A stretch of 64,000 nucleotides of DNA from Bacteroidales bacterium (lineage in GTDB: Bacteria > Bacteroidota > Bacteroidia > Bacteroidales > BM520), in assembly GCA_028707815.1 (NCBI GenBank), contig JAQWAE010000006.1, positions 3,426-67,425 of the forward strand, given 5' to 3'. Below are positions 18,869 to 28,506 of this stretch, piece after piece. The position numbers and the translations under genes are program-made. Below the pieces are notes generated by a model. The model ran no database searches, was not told the DNA's origin, and worked only from the letters and a program-made list of their open reading frames with translations. Position 1 is the stretch's first letter; each line of letters opens with the position of its first letter.

Positions 18869-19024
18869 AAGTATTTTTATTTAATAAGTGCGTTAATAAA
18901 TTGTAAACTAATACGATATTTGTTTTTATTAACAAATTGAGAAATTCCTTTGCTAATGAATCTACCCCTAAAAAATAATGAAATTTTTTTCCTGCTAATT
19001 TTAAGTTTTTAAATGTTTTATATG

Positions 19025-19032
19025 TATCTTTG
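19025..19032 (+). promoter_or_regulatory. -7 promoter box TATCTTTG for the starch PUL
   Basis: Exact TAnnTTTG match upstream of the GH13 gene. Confidence 0.5.
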
Positions 19033-19076
19033 CTGATTAATAAATAATGTATTCTTTGAGTCTAAAATTATCTTTT

Positions 19077-21875
19077 ATGAATAATTTTCCCCGTATCCTA
19101 TTAGTTGCGTGTTCGTTAATGATGTCCACTTTTGCGACTTCACAAGTTATCACAACTGTTCCGTCCATGCCTGTCGAAAATCAATCCGTAATACTAACAT
19201 TCAATTTTGCCGACACGCCTTTAAACGGCATATCGTCAGATGTTTATGTACATACAGGAGTGAATATTCTCAATGGCAATGAGTGGCAATATGTTATAGG
19301 TTCATGGGGAAATAATTCTACTCAACCGAAATTGACCAAGATTGCACAAAATCTATATCAATTAACAATGTCTCCAAGTATTTTAGAATATTATTCCGTA
19401 CCCGATGATAAACATATCGCACAAATGTGCTTCGTAGCTCGCAGCAGCGATGGCAGCACCCAAACAGCTGATTTGTTTGTCGATGTTTATCAGTCTACTG
19501 TTTCAGTTATTTTTACATCACCTTCTGAAGACAGTTTTGTTTTATTGCCTGATGAAAACCAAGTTGTCACAGCCAAAAGCCCTTTAGCCGATTCGATGTT
19601 TTTATATATTGATAATCAATTAATTATGACTGTCAAAGCTACTGTCATCGAGTATTATGTGGTTGCTTCCGATTTTCCGGAACATTGGAAAAATTTAGAT
19701 ATTACAGCTATCGCAAAAGATGCTGAAGATAATACGGCTTCATCTGAAATTACATTTATGACTGTCCCATTCCCTTCAGTAGCCGATTTGCCTGAAAATT
19801 GTGATAACGGCGTGACAGCCATAGACGATAATTCCGCCGTTTTCTGTCTTACGGCTCCCGATAAAAAGTTCTGCTTTCTGAAATCTACCTTCAACAATTT
19901 TCTCATTGGTGAAGACTACTTTATGAACCTCACACCTGACGGTGAAAAATTCTGGATACAAATAGATGAACTTGAGCCAAATACAGAATATGCTTACATG
20001 TATTCTGTAGATGGTATTATTGATGTGGCGGATCCTTACTGTCACAAAATTCTTGACCCATGGAACGACCCTTATATTTCTGATGAAGTTTATCCAAACT
20101 TGATGTCTTTTCCGGCAGAAGCTCCCGAAAACATTGTTTCAACTTTTACTTTAAATGAACCTGATTATCAATGGCAAATCAACGACTTTACGCCGCCTGA
20201 AAACGCCGACCTCATAATTTATGAACTGCATGTCAGAGATTTTATTGCTGCTCACAATTATCAAACTTTAATAGACACCATCGGATATTTAACGAATTTA
20301 GGTATAAACGCCGTTGAACTTATGCCTGTTAACGAATTTGAAGGTAACAGCAGCTGGGGATATAATCCTTCTTTCTACTTTGCTCCTGACAAATATTACG
20401 GCACCGCAAATAAATTGAAAGAGTTTATCGACTGCTGCCACGAAAACGGCATAGCTGTGATTTTGGATATGGTGCTTAATCATTCTTTCGGGCAGTCACC
20501 AATGGTCAGAATGTATTGGGACGAAAATCAGGGAACGCCTGCCGCCGATAATCTGTGGTTTAATCAATATCCGACACACGACTATAATGTGGGCTATGAT
20601 TTTAATCATGAAAGTCAATATACAAAATCATTTTCAAAAGATGTGATGAAGTATTGGCTGACGGAATATAAAGTAGACGGTTACCGTTTTGATTTATCAA
20701 AAGGATTTACTCAGGTTAATACTTTGGGTAATACTTCTTTATGGGGGCAGTACGATGCTTCCCGTATTGCAATATGGAAGAATTATTTAGATTATATTCG
20801 TTCTGTTGATGAAGACGCTATAATTATTCTCGAGCATTTTGCCGCCAACAGCGAAGAAAAAGAGTTGTCGAATTATGGCATGCTCTTGTGGGGAAACCTC
20901 AATTATTACTATAATGAAGCCACTATGGGATATACAAATAGTAATTTTTCGGATATTTCATATCTCAAGCGAGGCTGGTCGTATCCGCATCTTGTAGGAT
21001 ATATGGAAAGTCATGATGAGGAGCGGTTGATGTATAAAAACAAAGAATACGGCAACTCAAGTCCGTCAGGCGATTACATTATCAGTCAGACAATTACAGG
21101 CTTATTGCGAAATGCCATGGCAGCTGCCTTCTTTTTTACCGTGCCGGGACCTAAGATGATATGGCAGTTTGGCGAACTTGGCTATGACTATTCCATTGAT
21201 TACAACGGACGTACCGGCGAAAAGCCTGTCAAATGGGATTATTATGATAATTGGCAGCGAAAAAAACTGTTTGATGTGTATAAGTCGTTGATTAAGTTGA
21301 AAAAAGAAGAGAGTATTTTTGCTACCGATGACTATGAAACTAATTTCAGCGGATATACTAAATCGCTGTACCTTAATGAGAACGATGACCATGTTATCGT
21401 GGTTGGTAATTTCAACGTAATTCCTGCAGAAATAGAGTTAGACATGCCGCAACAAGGATTGTGGTATGAGTTTTTTTATCATGATTCAATCACTGTAAAT
21501 GAAGATGTTCTTACATTGAATTTGGCTCCCGGAGAATTCAAGTTGCTCTCGACAAAACGCTATTTTGACCCGAAATTAAATTTAGCGATAAGCGATTTTG
21601 ATGAAATAAATGAAAATTTGGTTGAAATTTTTCCAAATCCATGTGGACAAATTCTACATTTTAATATATCTTTGCACAATTTATCGGATGTTGATATTTC
21701 GATATTCGATATTAATTCAAGTAAGATGTTGATTAACAATATATATAAAAATTTGTCGCAGGGTATTCATAATTTAGAGATTAACCTTGATGAGTATAAT
21801 TTTAAACATGGTGCCTATATTGTCACTGTTAAAACAAATGGATACATTATTTCGAATAAAATTATAAAATTATAA
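19077..21875 (+). CDS. GH13 alpha-amylase-family enzyme with N-terminal accessory domains and T9SS C-terminal sorting domain
   Basis: GH13 regions I DMVLNH, II GYRFDLSKG, III ILEHF, IV YMESHDE. CTD EIFPNPCGQILHF...GAYIVTVKTNG. Signal peptide starts at MNNFPRILLV (ATG 19077; an upstream ATG at 19047 is possible). Confidence 0.85.
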   Translation: MNNFPRILLVACSLMMSTFATSQVITTVPSMPVENQSVILTFNFADTPLNGISSDVYVHTGVNILNGNEWQYVIGSWGNNSTQPKLTKIAQNLYQLTMSPSILEYYSVPDDKHIAQMCFVARSSDGSTQTADLFVDVYQSTVSVIFTSPSEDSFVLLPDENQVVTAKSPLADSMFLYIDNQLIMTVKATVIEYYVVASDFPEHWKNLDITAIAKDAEDNTASSEITFMTVPFPSVADLPENCDNGVTAIDDNSAVFCLTAPDKKFCFLKSTFNNFLIGEDYFMNLTPDGEKFWIQIDELEPNTEYAYMYSVDGIIDVADPYCHKILDPWNDPYISDEVYPNLMSFPAEAPENIVSTFTLNEPDYQWQINDFTPPENADLIIYELHVRDFIAAHNYQTLIDTIGYLTNLGINAVELMPVNEFEGNSSWGYNPSFYFAPDKYYGTANKLKEFIDCCHENGIAVILDMVLNHSFGQSPMVRMYWDENQGTPAADNLWFNQYPTHDYNVGYDFNHESQYTKSFSKDVMKYWLTEYKVDGYRFDLSKGFTQVNTLGNTSLWGQYDASRIAIWKNYLDYIRSVDEDAIIILEHFAANSEEKELSNYGMLLWGNLNYYYNEATMGYTNSNFSDISYLKRGWSYPHLVGYMESHDEERLMYKNKEYGNSSPSGDYIISQTITGLLRNAMAAAFFFTVPGPKMIWQFGELGYDYSIDYNGRTGEKPVKWDYYDNWQRKKLFDVYKSLIKLKKEESIFATDDYETNFSGYTKSLYLNENDDHVIVVGNFNVIPAEIELDMPQQGLWYEFFYHDSITVNEDVLTLNLAPGEFKLLSTKRYFDPKLNLAISDFDEINENLVEIFPNPCGQILHFNISLHNLSDVDISIFDINSSKMLINNIYKNLSQGIHNLEINLDEYNFKHGAYIVTVKTNGYIISNKIIKL

Positions 21876-21915
21876 ATTAAATCATTTGCTGATGAAACTA
21901 AAAAATTACAATTCT

Positions 21916-24900
21916 ATGAAAAATGTGCTTTTAATTTTAGTTGCGGCATTATTTACTGTAACTAATGTTTATGCACAAAGTGCGACCATAGGAGGTTCTG
22001 TTATTGATGCTCAGACCGGTGAAACTTTGCCGGGTGCAGCTATTGTTGTTACAGGAACTTCTATTGGTACTTCTTCAGATTTTGACGGAAATTACATTCT
22101 AAGCAATATGTCAAAGGGTGAAATTTCACTTACATGTTCTTATATGGGATATGCCGACATGGTTGCTAAAGTTAAAATCGGAAGCGATGGTGCTACCATC
22201 AAAAAAGATTTTTTCCTTCAACCTAACAGCGTAAAGCTTGATGAGTTAATCGTCATTGGTTATGGTGTTCAAAAGAAGACAGACAAAACCGGAGCTGTAT
22301 CTCAAATTAAAGCTGCGGATATGAATGGCGGTGTTTTAACAGACCCCGTACAAGCTATTCAAGGTAAAAGTGCCGGTGTGCTTGTTTCTAAAAAGGGTGG
22401 TGACCCAAACAGCGGATTTGCCATCAAAATTCGTGGTTCTTCCGGTTTAGACTCTGATACTCAACCGCTTTATGTTGTGGACGGTATACCTGGCGTAGAC
22501 CCTACAACTATAGCTTCGGAAGACATCGAGACTTTTAATATCCTTAAAGATGCTGCCTCTACAGCTATCTACGGTTCCCGCGGTGCTAACGGAGTTGTCA
22601 TAATTACAACAAAAGGTGCTTCCAAAGCAGGCTTCCAAGTCAAAAATCAAACTTACAATCAACTGTCTTTCAATGCTTATGTGTCTTTAGACCAAGTGTC
22701 AAATAAACTCGACCTTCTGACAGCAGATGAAATCAGACAATATGTGCAAGATAATAACTTGAGCGCTGGCTTTGTGGATGGTGGTGACAATACAGATTGG
22801 CAAGATGCCATCTTCCGTACAGGCGTTTCTCAAAATTATAACCTTAATGCTTCAGGTAGCAACGAAAAAAGTAGTTATTATGCTTCTGTAACTCATTCCG
22901 ACTGGGAAGGTGTCGTTATCGGTTCCGAAAAAGTCAGAACTATAGGAAGAGTTAATTTTACACATAAAGCAATCAATGATAGATTATTATTATCCGGAAC
23001 TCTTTCTGAAACTATTGAAGAAAATGATTATGTAGATTATAGCGACTGGAGTAATAAGAATATCTTATACACTGCTTATACTCATAATCCGACTGACCCT
23101 ATCTATAATGATGACGGTACTTTTAATCAAACAAACAGAGGTTTTAAATATTGTAATCCTGTTTCTACTGTTGACGAAGTTACCAACCATCGTAGTGCAA
23201 AACGCTTTCTCGGAAGTTTAAAAGCCGACCTTAATCTTTTTGAAGGCTTCATATTAAGTGGCAGCTATAGCTACACTCGTGACGACAGCCAGAGTAAATA
23301 TTATATTCCTAAAAATGGTTTATTTGAGTCTACAACAGGCGAAAACACGATGTCATATTCAAACAATTACCAAAATATCCTTGAGCTGACGGCAAATTAT
23401 AACAAGACATTCAATAAGAAACATAATTTTGGTGCTGTGTTAGGTTATTCTTATCAAGATTATAATTATGATGGTTTCAGCGTTAAAGCCGAAAATGCTC
23501 AATCAGCAATTTCAGAATACAACCTTTCTGCTTTTACGCTTACAAGTATAAATAATATTAGCTCGTATAAAGGTGATTGGACATTAATCGGTTTCTTTGG
23601 ACGTGCGCAATACAATTTTAACGAAAGATATTTTGCTTCTGCTTCTTTACGCCGTGACGGTTCTTCAAAATTCGGTGCTAATAACAAGTGGGGCTGGTTC
23701 CCGACTGTTGCTGCCGGTTGGAATATCGACAGAGAAAGTTTCATGCAAGATGTAGATTGGCTCAATCAGTTGAAATTACGTGCAAGCTATGGAGTTTCCG
23801 GTAATCAGGAAATCGGTGAATATAAAAGTTTAGTTGCTTATAATCCAAGCGGTGTTGCTACAAACCCTGAAACAGGCGAAGTAGTGGTAGTGTTTTCTCC
23901 GGCATGGAATGCTAATCCGGATTTAAAATGGGAAGAAACAGCCGAAGTTAACGTAGGTATAGATTTTGCAGTTTTAAACAGTCGCTTGAGCGGAACATTG
24001 GAACTTTACAGCAAAAATACAACCGACATGCTCGGCTCGTACTCAGTTCCTGTTCCACCAAATTTGGCAAGTACTACTTATGCTAACTCCGGTGAAATGA
24101 TTAATAGAGGTGTCGAATTTGCTTTACAGGCTTATGCTGTTGATAAACAGAATTTTAAATGGAGAGCTAATTTTAATATAGCACGTAACTACCAAAAAAT
24201 AGTCTCTCTCGGCGAATTTTCTTCTGCTGACGGTGTAAGAAAAGACGGTTATATCTCAGGTCCCGGCTTAATAGGTAACTCCAACTGGGTTACAGCTATC
24301 ATGGAAGGTTATGAAATAGGTGTCTTCTATGTTCCGGAACTCGTACTTGATAATAGCGGCTCTCCTTATCTTTTAGATGGTCAATTTGTGTATAAAACAT
24401 CAACAGGCGGTTATACAACTAATATAGACCAAGCTCAGCGTTATGTCGCCGGCAGCGCAACTCCTGACTTAGAAATTGGCTTCTCTAACTCATTCGTGGT
24501 CTTCAAAAATTGGACAATAGATGTTAACCTCCGCGCTTGGATAGGCAATGACGTGTTTAATGCTACAAGAATGTTACTCGACTATAACGGAAATCTTCCA
24601 AACTTAAACGCTCTTACAGATGCTTTAGAATGGGCTGAATTAGGCAGAACAAGCGGTCCCGCCGTTTGTGACTACTATATAGAAGATGGCTCTTTCCTAC
24701 GCCTCGACTATTTAGCAATAGGCTACAATTTTGACATGTCTAAATTAAAAGGTATCGAGTCTTTGAGACTTTATGTCGCTTCAAATAATTTGCTGACTAT
24801 TACCGGATATTCCGGACTTGACCCCGAAACAACTATCGATGGTTTGTCTTTCGGTGTAGATATGTACAATGTGTATCCTAAAACACGTACTTTTACACTT

Positions 24901-24921
24901 GGCGTTAACGTAACATTCTAA
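21916..24921 (+). CDS. SusC/RagA-family TonB-dependent outer membrane transporter
   Basis: CarboxypepD_reg-like N-terminus (GSVIDAQTGETLPGAAIVV), plug, about 1000 aa, C-terminal ...RTFTLGVNVTF. ATG 21916 preferred over the TTG at 21886. Confidence 0.9.
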   Translation: MKNVLLILVAALFTVTNVYAQSATIGGSVIDAQTGETLPGAAIVVTGTSIGTSSDFDGNYILSNMSKGEISLTCSYMGYADMVAKVKIGSDGATIKKDFFLQPNSVKLDELIVIGYGVQKKTDKTGAVSQIKAADMNGGVLTDPVQAIQGKSAGVLVSKKGGDPNSGFAIKIRGSSGLDSDTQPLYVVDGIPGVDPTTIASEDIETFNILKDAASTAIYGSRGANGVVIITTKGASKAGFQVKNQTYNQLSFNAYVSLDQVSNKLDLLTADEIRQYVQDNNLSAGFVDGGDNTDWQDAIFRTGVSQNYNLNASGSNEKSSYYASVTHSDWEGVVIGSEKVRTIGRVNFTHKAINDRLLLSGTLSETIEENDYVDYSDWSNKNILYTAYTHNPTDPIYNDDGTFNQTNRGFKYCNPVSTVDEVTNHRSAKRFLGSLKADLNLFEGFILSGSYSYTRDDSQSKYYIPKNGLFESTTGENTMSYSNNYQNILELTANYNKTFNKKHNFGAVLGYSYQDYNYDGFSVKAENAQSAISEYNLSAFTLTSINNISSYKGDWTLIGFFGRAQYNFNERYFASASLRRDGSSKFGANNKWGWFPTVAAGWNIDRESFMQDVDWLNQLKLRASYGVSGNQEIGEYKSLVAYNPSGVATNPETGEVVVVFSPAWNANPDLKWEETAEVNVGIDFAVLNSRLSGTLELYSKNTTDMLGSYSVPVPPNLASTTYANSGEMINRGVEFALQAYAVDKQNFKWRANFNIARNYQKIVSLGEFSSADGVRKDGYISGPGLIGNSNWVTAIMEGYEIGVFYVPELVLDNSGSPYLLDGQFVYKTSTGGYTTNIDQAQRYVAGSATPDLEIGFSNSFVVFKNWTIDVNLRAWIGNDVFNATRMLLDYNGNLPNLNALTDALEWAELGRTSGPAVCDYYIEDGSFLRLDYLAIGYNFDMSKLKGIESLRLYVASNNLLTITGYSGLDPETTIDGLSFGVDMYNVYPKTRTFTLGVNVTF

Positions 24922-24925
24922 TTTT

Positions 24926-26416
24926 ATGACTATGAAAAAGATATTATATTTCATTGCAATTGCAATATTAATCTCAGGTTGTACTAATCTGGATGAAACT
25001 TTATATGACAAAATTTCAGGTGATAATTATCCTGAAAACGATGACCAAGTAGCTAACCTTACAGTAGAAGCTTATACTCAACTTCAAAATATGGTTGATG
25101 ATAACGGCTGGTGGTTTCTGGCTCAAGAAATATCTTCCGATGAAATGTGCTGCCCAACACGTGATACTGACTGGGATGACGGCGGCAAATGGCGTACCGT
25201 ACACCAACAATCGTGGGGTACAAGTAACGACTTTGAGGCTGTCAACAATATGTGGAGCCTTATGTGGGGCGGCGTAACTACTGCGAACCAAATTATAGAC
25301 AGATTTCGTATGATGGAGGCTTCTGAATCAGTGCTGAAAAAACAAGCCGAAATGGAAACATTCCGCTCTTTCTTCTACTATCTGCTTATCGACAACTTTG
25401 GTGACGTTCCTTATCTGACAACTACTGTTGACGCTCCTGAGCAACCTACCAAAGTAGCAAGAGCCGCTATATTCGATAGCTTGACAACAACTATCGAAAG
25501 GAACTTACCTTATTTGTCTGCTTCTACTTCCAATAAAACTATGGTGACAAAGGCTACAGCTTTTGCTATTCTTGCCAAGTTATATTTGAACGCCGAAGTT
25601 TATACCGGAACTCCACGTTGGCAGGAAGCTTATAATTACTGCGACAGCTTGATAATTCCTAACGGCTTCCCATTCGGCAGCGACATCAGTGCTCCTTTTG
25701 TTACCGAAAACAGTACCAACGGCGAAATTATATTCTCTATTCCTTATGATGAAACTACCTTCCAAGGTTTTCGCCTTCACATGAGATGTATACATTACCA
25801 AAGTAAATATACATTCAACATGACTGTTGAACCATGGAACGGATTTGCTACTCTCGAAGCTTTTTACGACAGCTATGAAAATAATGATTTGCGTAAATCG
25901 GCATGGTTCCTCTCCGGTCAACAGTATTATTATAATTCTTCAGAAATTATTTTAGATGCACTGACGGGTAACCCGTTGATATTTAACAAAGAAATACCGG
26001 CTTTACAACTTAATTCCACTTATGATAGAGATGTTATCAGGTCTTCAGGTATTCGTCCGTGTAAATATGAAATCACTCCGGGCGCTCTCGAAAACTTGAG
26101 CAACGACTTTGTGATTTTCCGTATCACCGACTTCTACCTTATGAGAGCTGAAGCTGCTATCCGTTTAGGACAAAACGGCGATGCAGACCTTAATATGATT
26201 CGTCAAAGAGCCGGTGTAGCCGATATTTCAGGTGCTACTCTTGATGACGTACTCGCAGAAAGAGGTCGTGAAATGTTCAGCGAAGGTCACCGCCGCCAAG
26301 ACCTTATCCGTTTTGGCGAATGGAATAAAGACTGGTGGGAAAAACCGGCACGTACCGGCACCGACATCTTCCCAATACCTAAATGGGCTATCGATGAAAA
26401 TCCTAATTTGCAATAA
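24926..26416 (+). CDS. SusD/RagB-family nutrient-binding lipoprotein
   Basis: Lipobox ILISGC. Immediately follows SusC. Motifs FYLMRAEA, RGREMF.EGHRR.DLIR. Confidence 0.9.
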   Translation: MTMKKILYFIAIAILISGCTNLDETLYDKISGDNYPENDDQVANLTVEAYTQLQNMVDDNGWWFLAQEISSDEMCCPTRDTDWDDGGKWRTVHQQSWGTSNDFEAVNNMWSLMWGGVTTANQIIDRFRMMEASESVLKKQAEMETFRSFFYYLLIDNFGDVPYLTTTVDAPEQPTKVARAAIFDSLTTTIERNLPYLSASTSNKTMVTKATAFAILAKLYLNAEVYTGTPRWQEAYNYCDSLIIPNGFPFGSDISAPFVTENSTNGEIIFSIPYDETTFQGFRLHMRCIHYQSKYTFNMTVEPWNGFATLEAFYDSYENNDLRKSAWFLSGQQYYYNSSEIILDALTGNPLIFNKEIPALQLNSTYDRDVIRSSGIRPCKYEITPGALENLSNDFVIFRITDFYLMRAEAAIRLGQNGDADLNMIRQRAGVADISGATLDDVLAERGREMFSEGHRRQDLIRFGEWNKDWWEKPARTGTDIFPIPKWAIDENPNLQ

Positions 26417-26473
26417 TTATATACTACAAAGATATTTATTAACGTTTTAACTAACTAAATTAAATTTTAAATT

Positions 26474-27928
26474 ATGAAAAAAAATTTTTTGAAACATTTG
26501 GCAGCAACATCAAGTGCTATGTTGCTCCTGATTGCAGTTGTTGCAGTCACTTTTACTTCATGTAAAGATCCTGTAGATCCTGATGATCCAATCGTTATCG
26601 TTGAAGATGGTTACTATCTGACAGGTGAAGCTTGTGCTTACACAGATGCTAACACTAATTTGATGTTCGCTGTTACACGTAACGAAGTAGACCAAACCGA
26701 AAGAGCTACTCTTTATGAACTTTATGTAGCTTTAACAGCAGGCAAAAACTTTAATATTACTCAAATAGCAGGTTCAACAACCAACGTTTACGGTGGCGGT
26801 TTGGAAACAGTAGCTGTTGAAGGTAACGACCAGCCAACTTGCGATGTACAAGCAGGTGCAATGGCTACCGGCGGTAACTATACAGTTCCTGCAGACGGTC
26901 TGTATCATGTCGTATTTGACACAGAATTAAATAAAGTCCTCATTATCCCTGTTCCAAAATGGAACATCCTCGGAGGTGCAACTCCATTAGGATGGACAGA
27001 TACCGACATGCCACAGACAGCATTTTCTACAACAGCTGTAACTTTTGCTGTATCTGAAGTCGTTCTCCGTGAAGGTGACTATAAATTCCGTTACAACGGT
27101 GGTTGGAAAATGGGTATCGATGCTTTCGATGAAACAGCAACAGTAAAAGTTAATACCAACTTCGGCGGTACTTTAGACGCATTAGTTCCGGGTGGTGATA
27201 ACATTCCTTTTGCAAAAGCAGACGAAGGTTATTATACTATAACCGCTAATTGGACAGTTGCTGACGGTATGGTATTTACCCTCACATGGACAGGCGCTGT
27301 AGAACCGCTACCTGAATATCCTGATAATATTTATGTAATAGGCTCCGGCATTGGCGGATGGGATTGGACAGTCAACGACATTCAAATGATACCTGTTCAT
27401 AGCCATCCTTATGCTTTCTGGTTAATTACATGGTTAGAAGCAGGAACTGACAATGCAATCAAATTCAGCCCTGAACAAGCTTGGGGTAGCGACTTTGGTG
27501 TAGAAGAAGGTGATGTTATAGCTCCCGGCGTATACACAAAAGGAACTAATAACCTGTTAGTACCTGAAGTATCAGGCTATTATCAGATTTATGTTAATTT
27601 AGAATCAAATACTATCACTATTGCTGAACCTATGGTTTACTTAATGGGACCTTGTGCCGGTGATGACGGCTCATGGGCTTACATGGAATCAGCTATGTTT
27701 ACATTTAATGGCGACCATGCAATGGTTTCTCCTGCTATCGTAGCAGACAGCGAATTAAGATTAGCTGTAAACCTTGATGCAGCATTTAATTGGTGGCAAG
27801 CTGAATTTATCGTCCTCGACGGCGTTATCGAATTCCGTGGAGATGCAGGAGATCAAACAAGAGTTAACGTAACTGCAGGTCAGATAGTTACTTTGAACTT
27901 TGATGATAATACAGGCTCTATACAATAA
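26474..27928 (+). CDS. SusE/SusF-like surface glycan-binding lipoprotein
   Basis: Lipobox FTSCKD. Repeated W(N/D).(L/I)G....GW.. modules as in SusE/F starch-binding domains. Sits in the third PUL position. Confidence 0.7.
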   Translation: MKKNFLKHLAATSSAMLLLIAVVAVTFTSCKDPVDPDDPIVIVEDGYYLTGEACAYTDANTNLMFAVTRNEVDQTERATLYELYVALTAGKNFNITQIAGSTTNVYGGGLETVAVEGNDQPTCDVQAGAMATGGNYTVPADGLYHVVFDTELNKVLIIPVPKWNILGGATPLGWTDTDMPQTAFSTTAVTFAVSEVVLREGDYKFRYNGGWKMGIDAFDETATVKVNTNFGGTLDALVPGGDNIPFAKADEGYYTITANWTVADGMVFTLTWTGAVEPLPEYPDNIYVIGSGIGGWDWTVNDIQMIPVHSHPYAFWLITWLEAGTDNAIKFSPEQAWGSDFGVEEGDVIAPGVYTKGTNNLLVPEVSGYYQIYVNLESNTITIAEPMVYLMGPCAGDDGSWAYMESAMFTFNGDHAMVSPAIVADSELRLAVNLDAAFNWWQAEFIVLDGVIEFRGDAGDQTRVNVTAGQIVTLNFDDNTGSIQ

Positions 27929-27940
27929 GTCTTGTATATA

Positions 27941-27992
27941 ATTCGACAAAAAAAAAGCTGCTTCAAAAAAAGCAGCTTTTTTTTTGTCGAAT
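27941..27992. terminator. 52-nt perfect palindrome acting as a bidirectional intrinsic terminator
   Basis: ATTCGACAAAAAAAAAGCTGCTT / AAGCAGCTTTTTTTTTGTCGAAT forms a 23-bp perfect stem with a 6-nt loop, between convergent genes. Confidence 0.75.
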
Positions 27993-28052
27993 TTCTACAT
28001 GTATAAAGCCTTTGTAAAGTCGAAAATGTTGATAATAAATAAGTTATAGTAA

Positions 28053-28505
28053 CTACATTTCATTTTCATAAAATCTGATAATACGCTTACGGTAATCAAT
28101 AATTGTTGTGTACTTCTCAAATATGTCGTTGCCTATAACACCATCAATGTGCAAGTTTATAGATTTTTCCAACACGCTGTTCACTCCGGATAAATCTGTC
28201 AGTGCAACACTTTGCCCACTGATTGCAAGTCGTCCTAATTTGATGTTGTCAATTACAATTATGTTGCTCTTTATCTCTGCTTCACCAATGCCATAAGTTG
28301 CTATGTCTTGATGCAGATATGTGATTTTATCTTTCTTTTTGAAAAACTTTTTGAGGCAGCCTTGGTCGAAACATGTCCTTGATGCGCCGGTGTCAATAAG
28401 CAATATCGCACTTTTTTTGTTGATTTTACATTTTATGTAAATGAAAGACCCTTTGTCGTCATCAAAATTCGATGCAGTATAAAATTTTATGTTGAATTTA
28501 CTCAT
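28053..28505 (-). CDS. retropepsin-like (clan AA) aspartic protease, single-domain, no signal peptide
   Basis: Active-site motif LLIDTGASRTCF, plus the ..IDGVIGNDIFEKY..IIDY...I.F C-terminal pattern of the Asp_protease_2/RVP fold. There is a 1-nt gap after the uvrA stop. Confidence 0.75.
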   Translation of the reverse strand: MSKFNIKFYTASNFDDDKGSFIYIKCKINKKSAILLIDTGASRTCFDQGCLKKFFKKKDKITYLHQDIATYGIGEAEIKSNIIVIDNIKLGRLAISGQSVALTDLSGVNSVLEKSINLHIDGVIGNDIFEKYTTIIDYRKRIIRFYENEM

Positions 28506-28506
28506 G

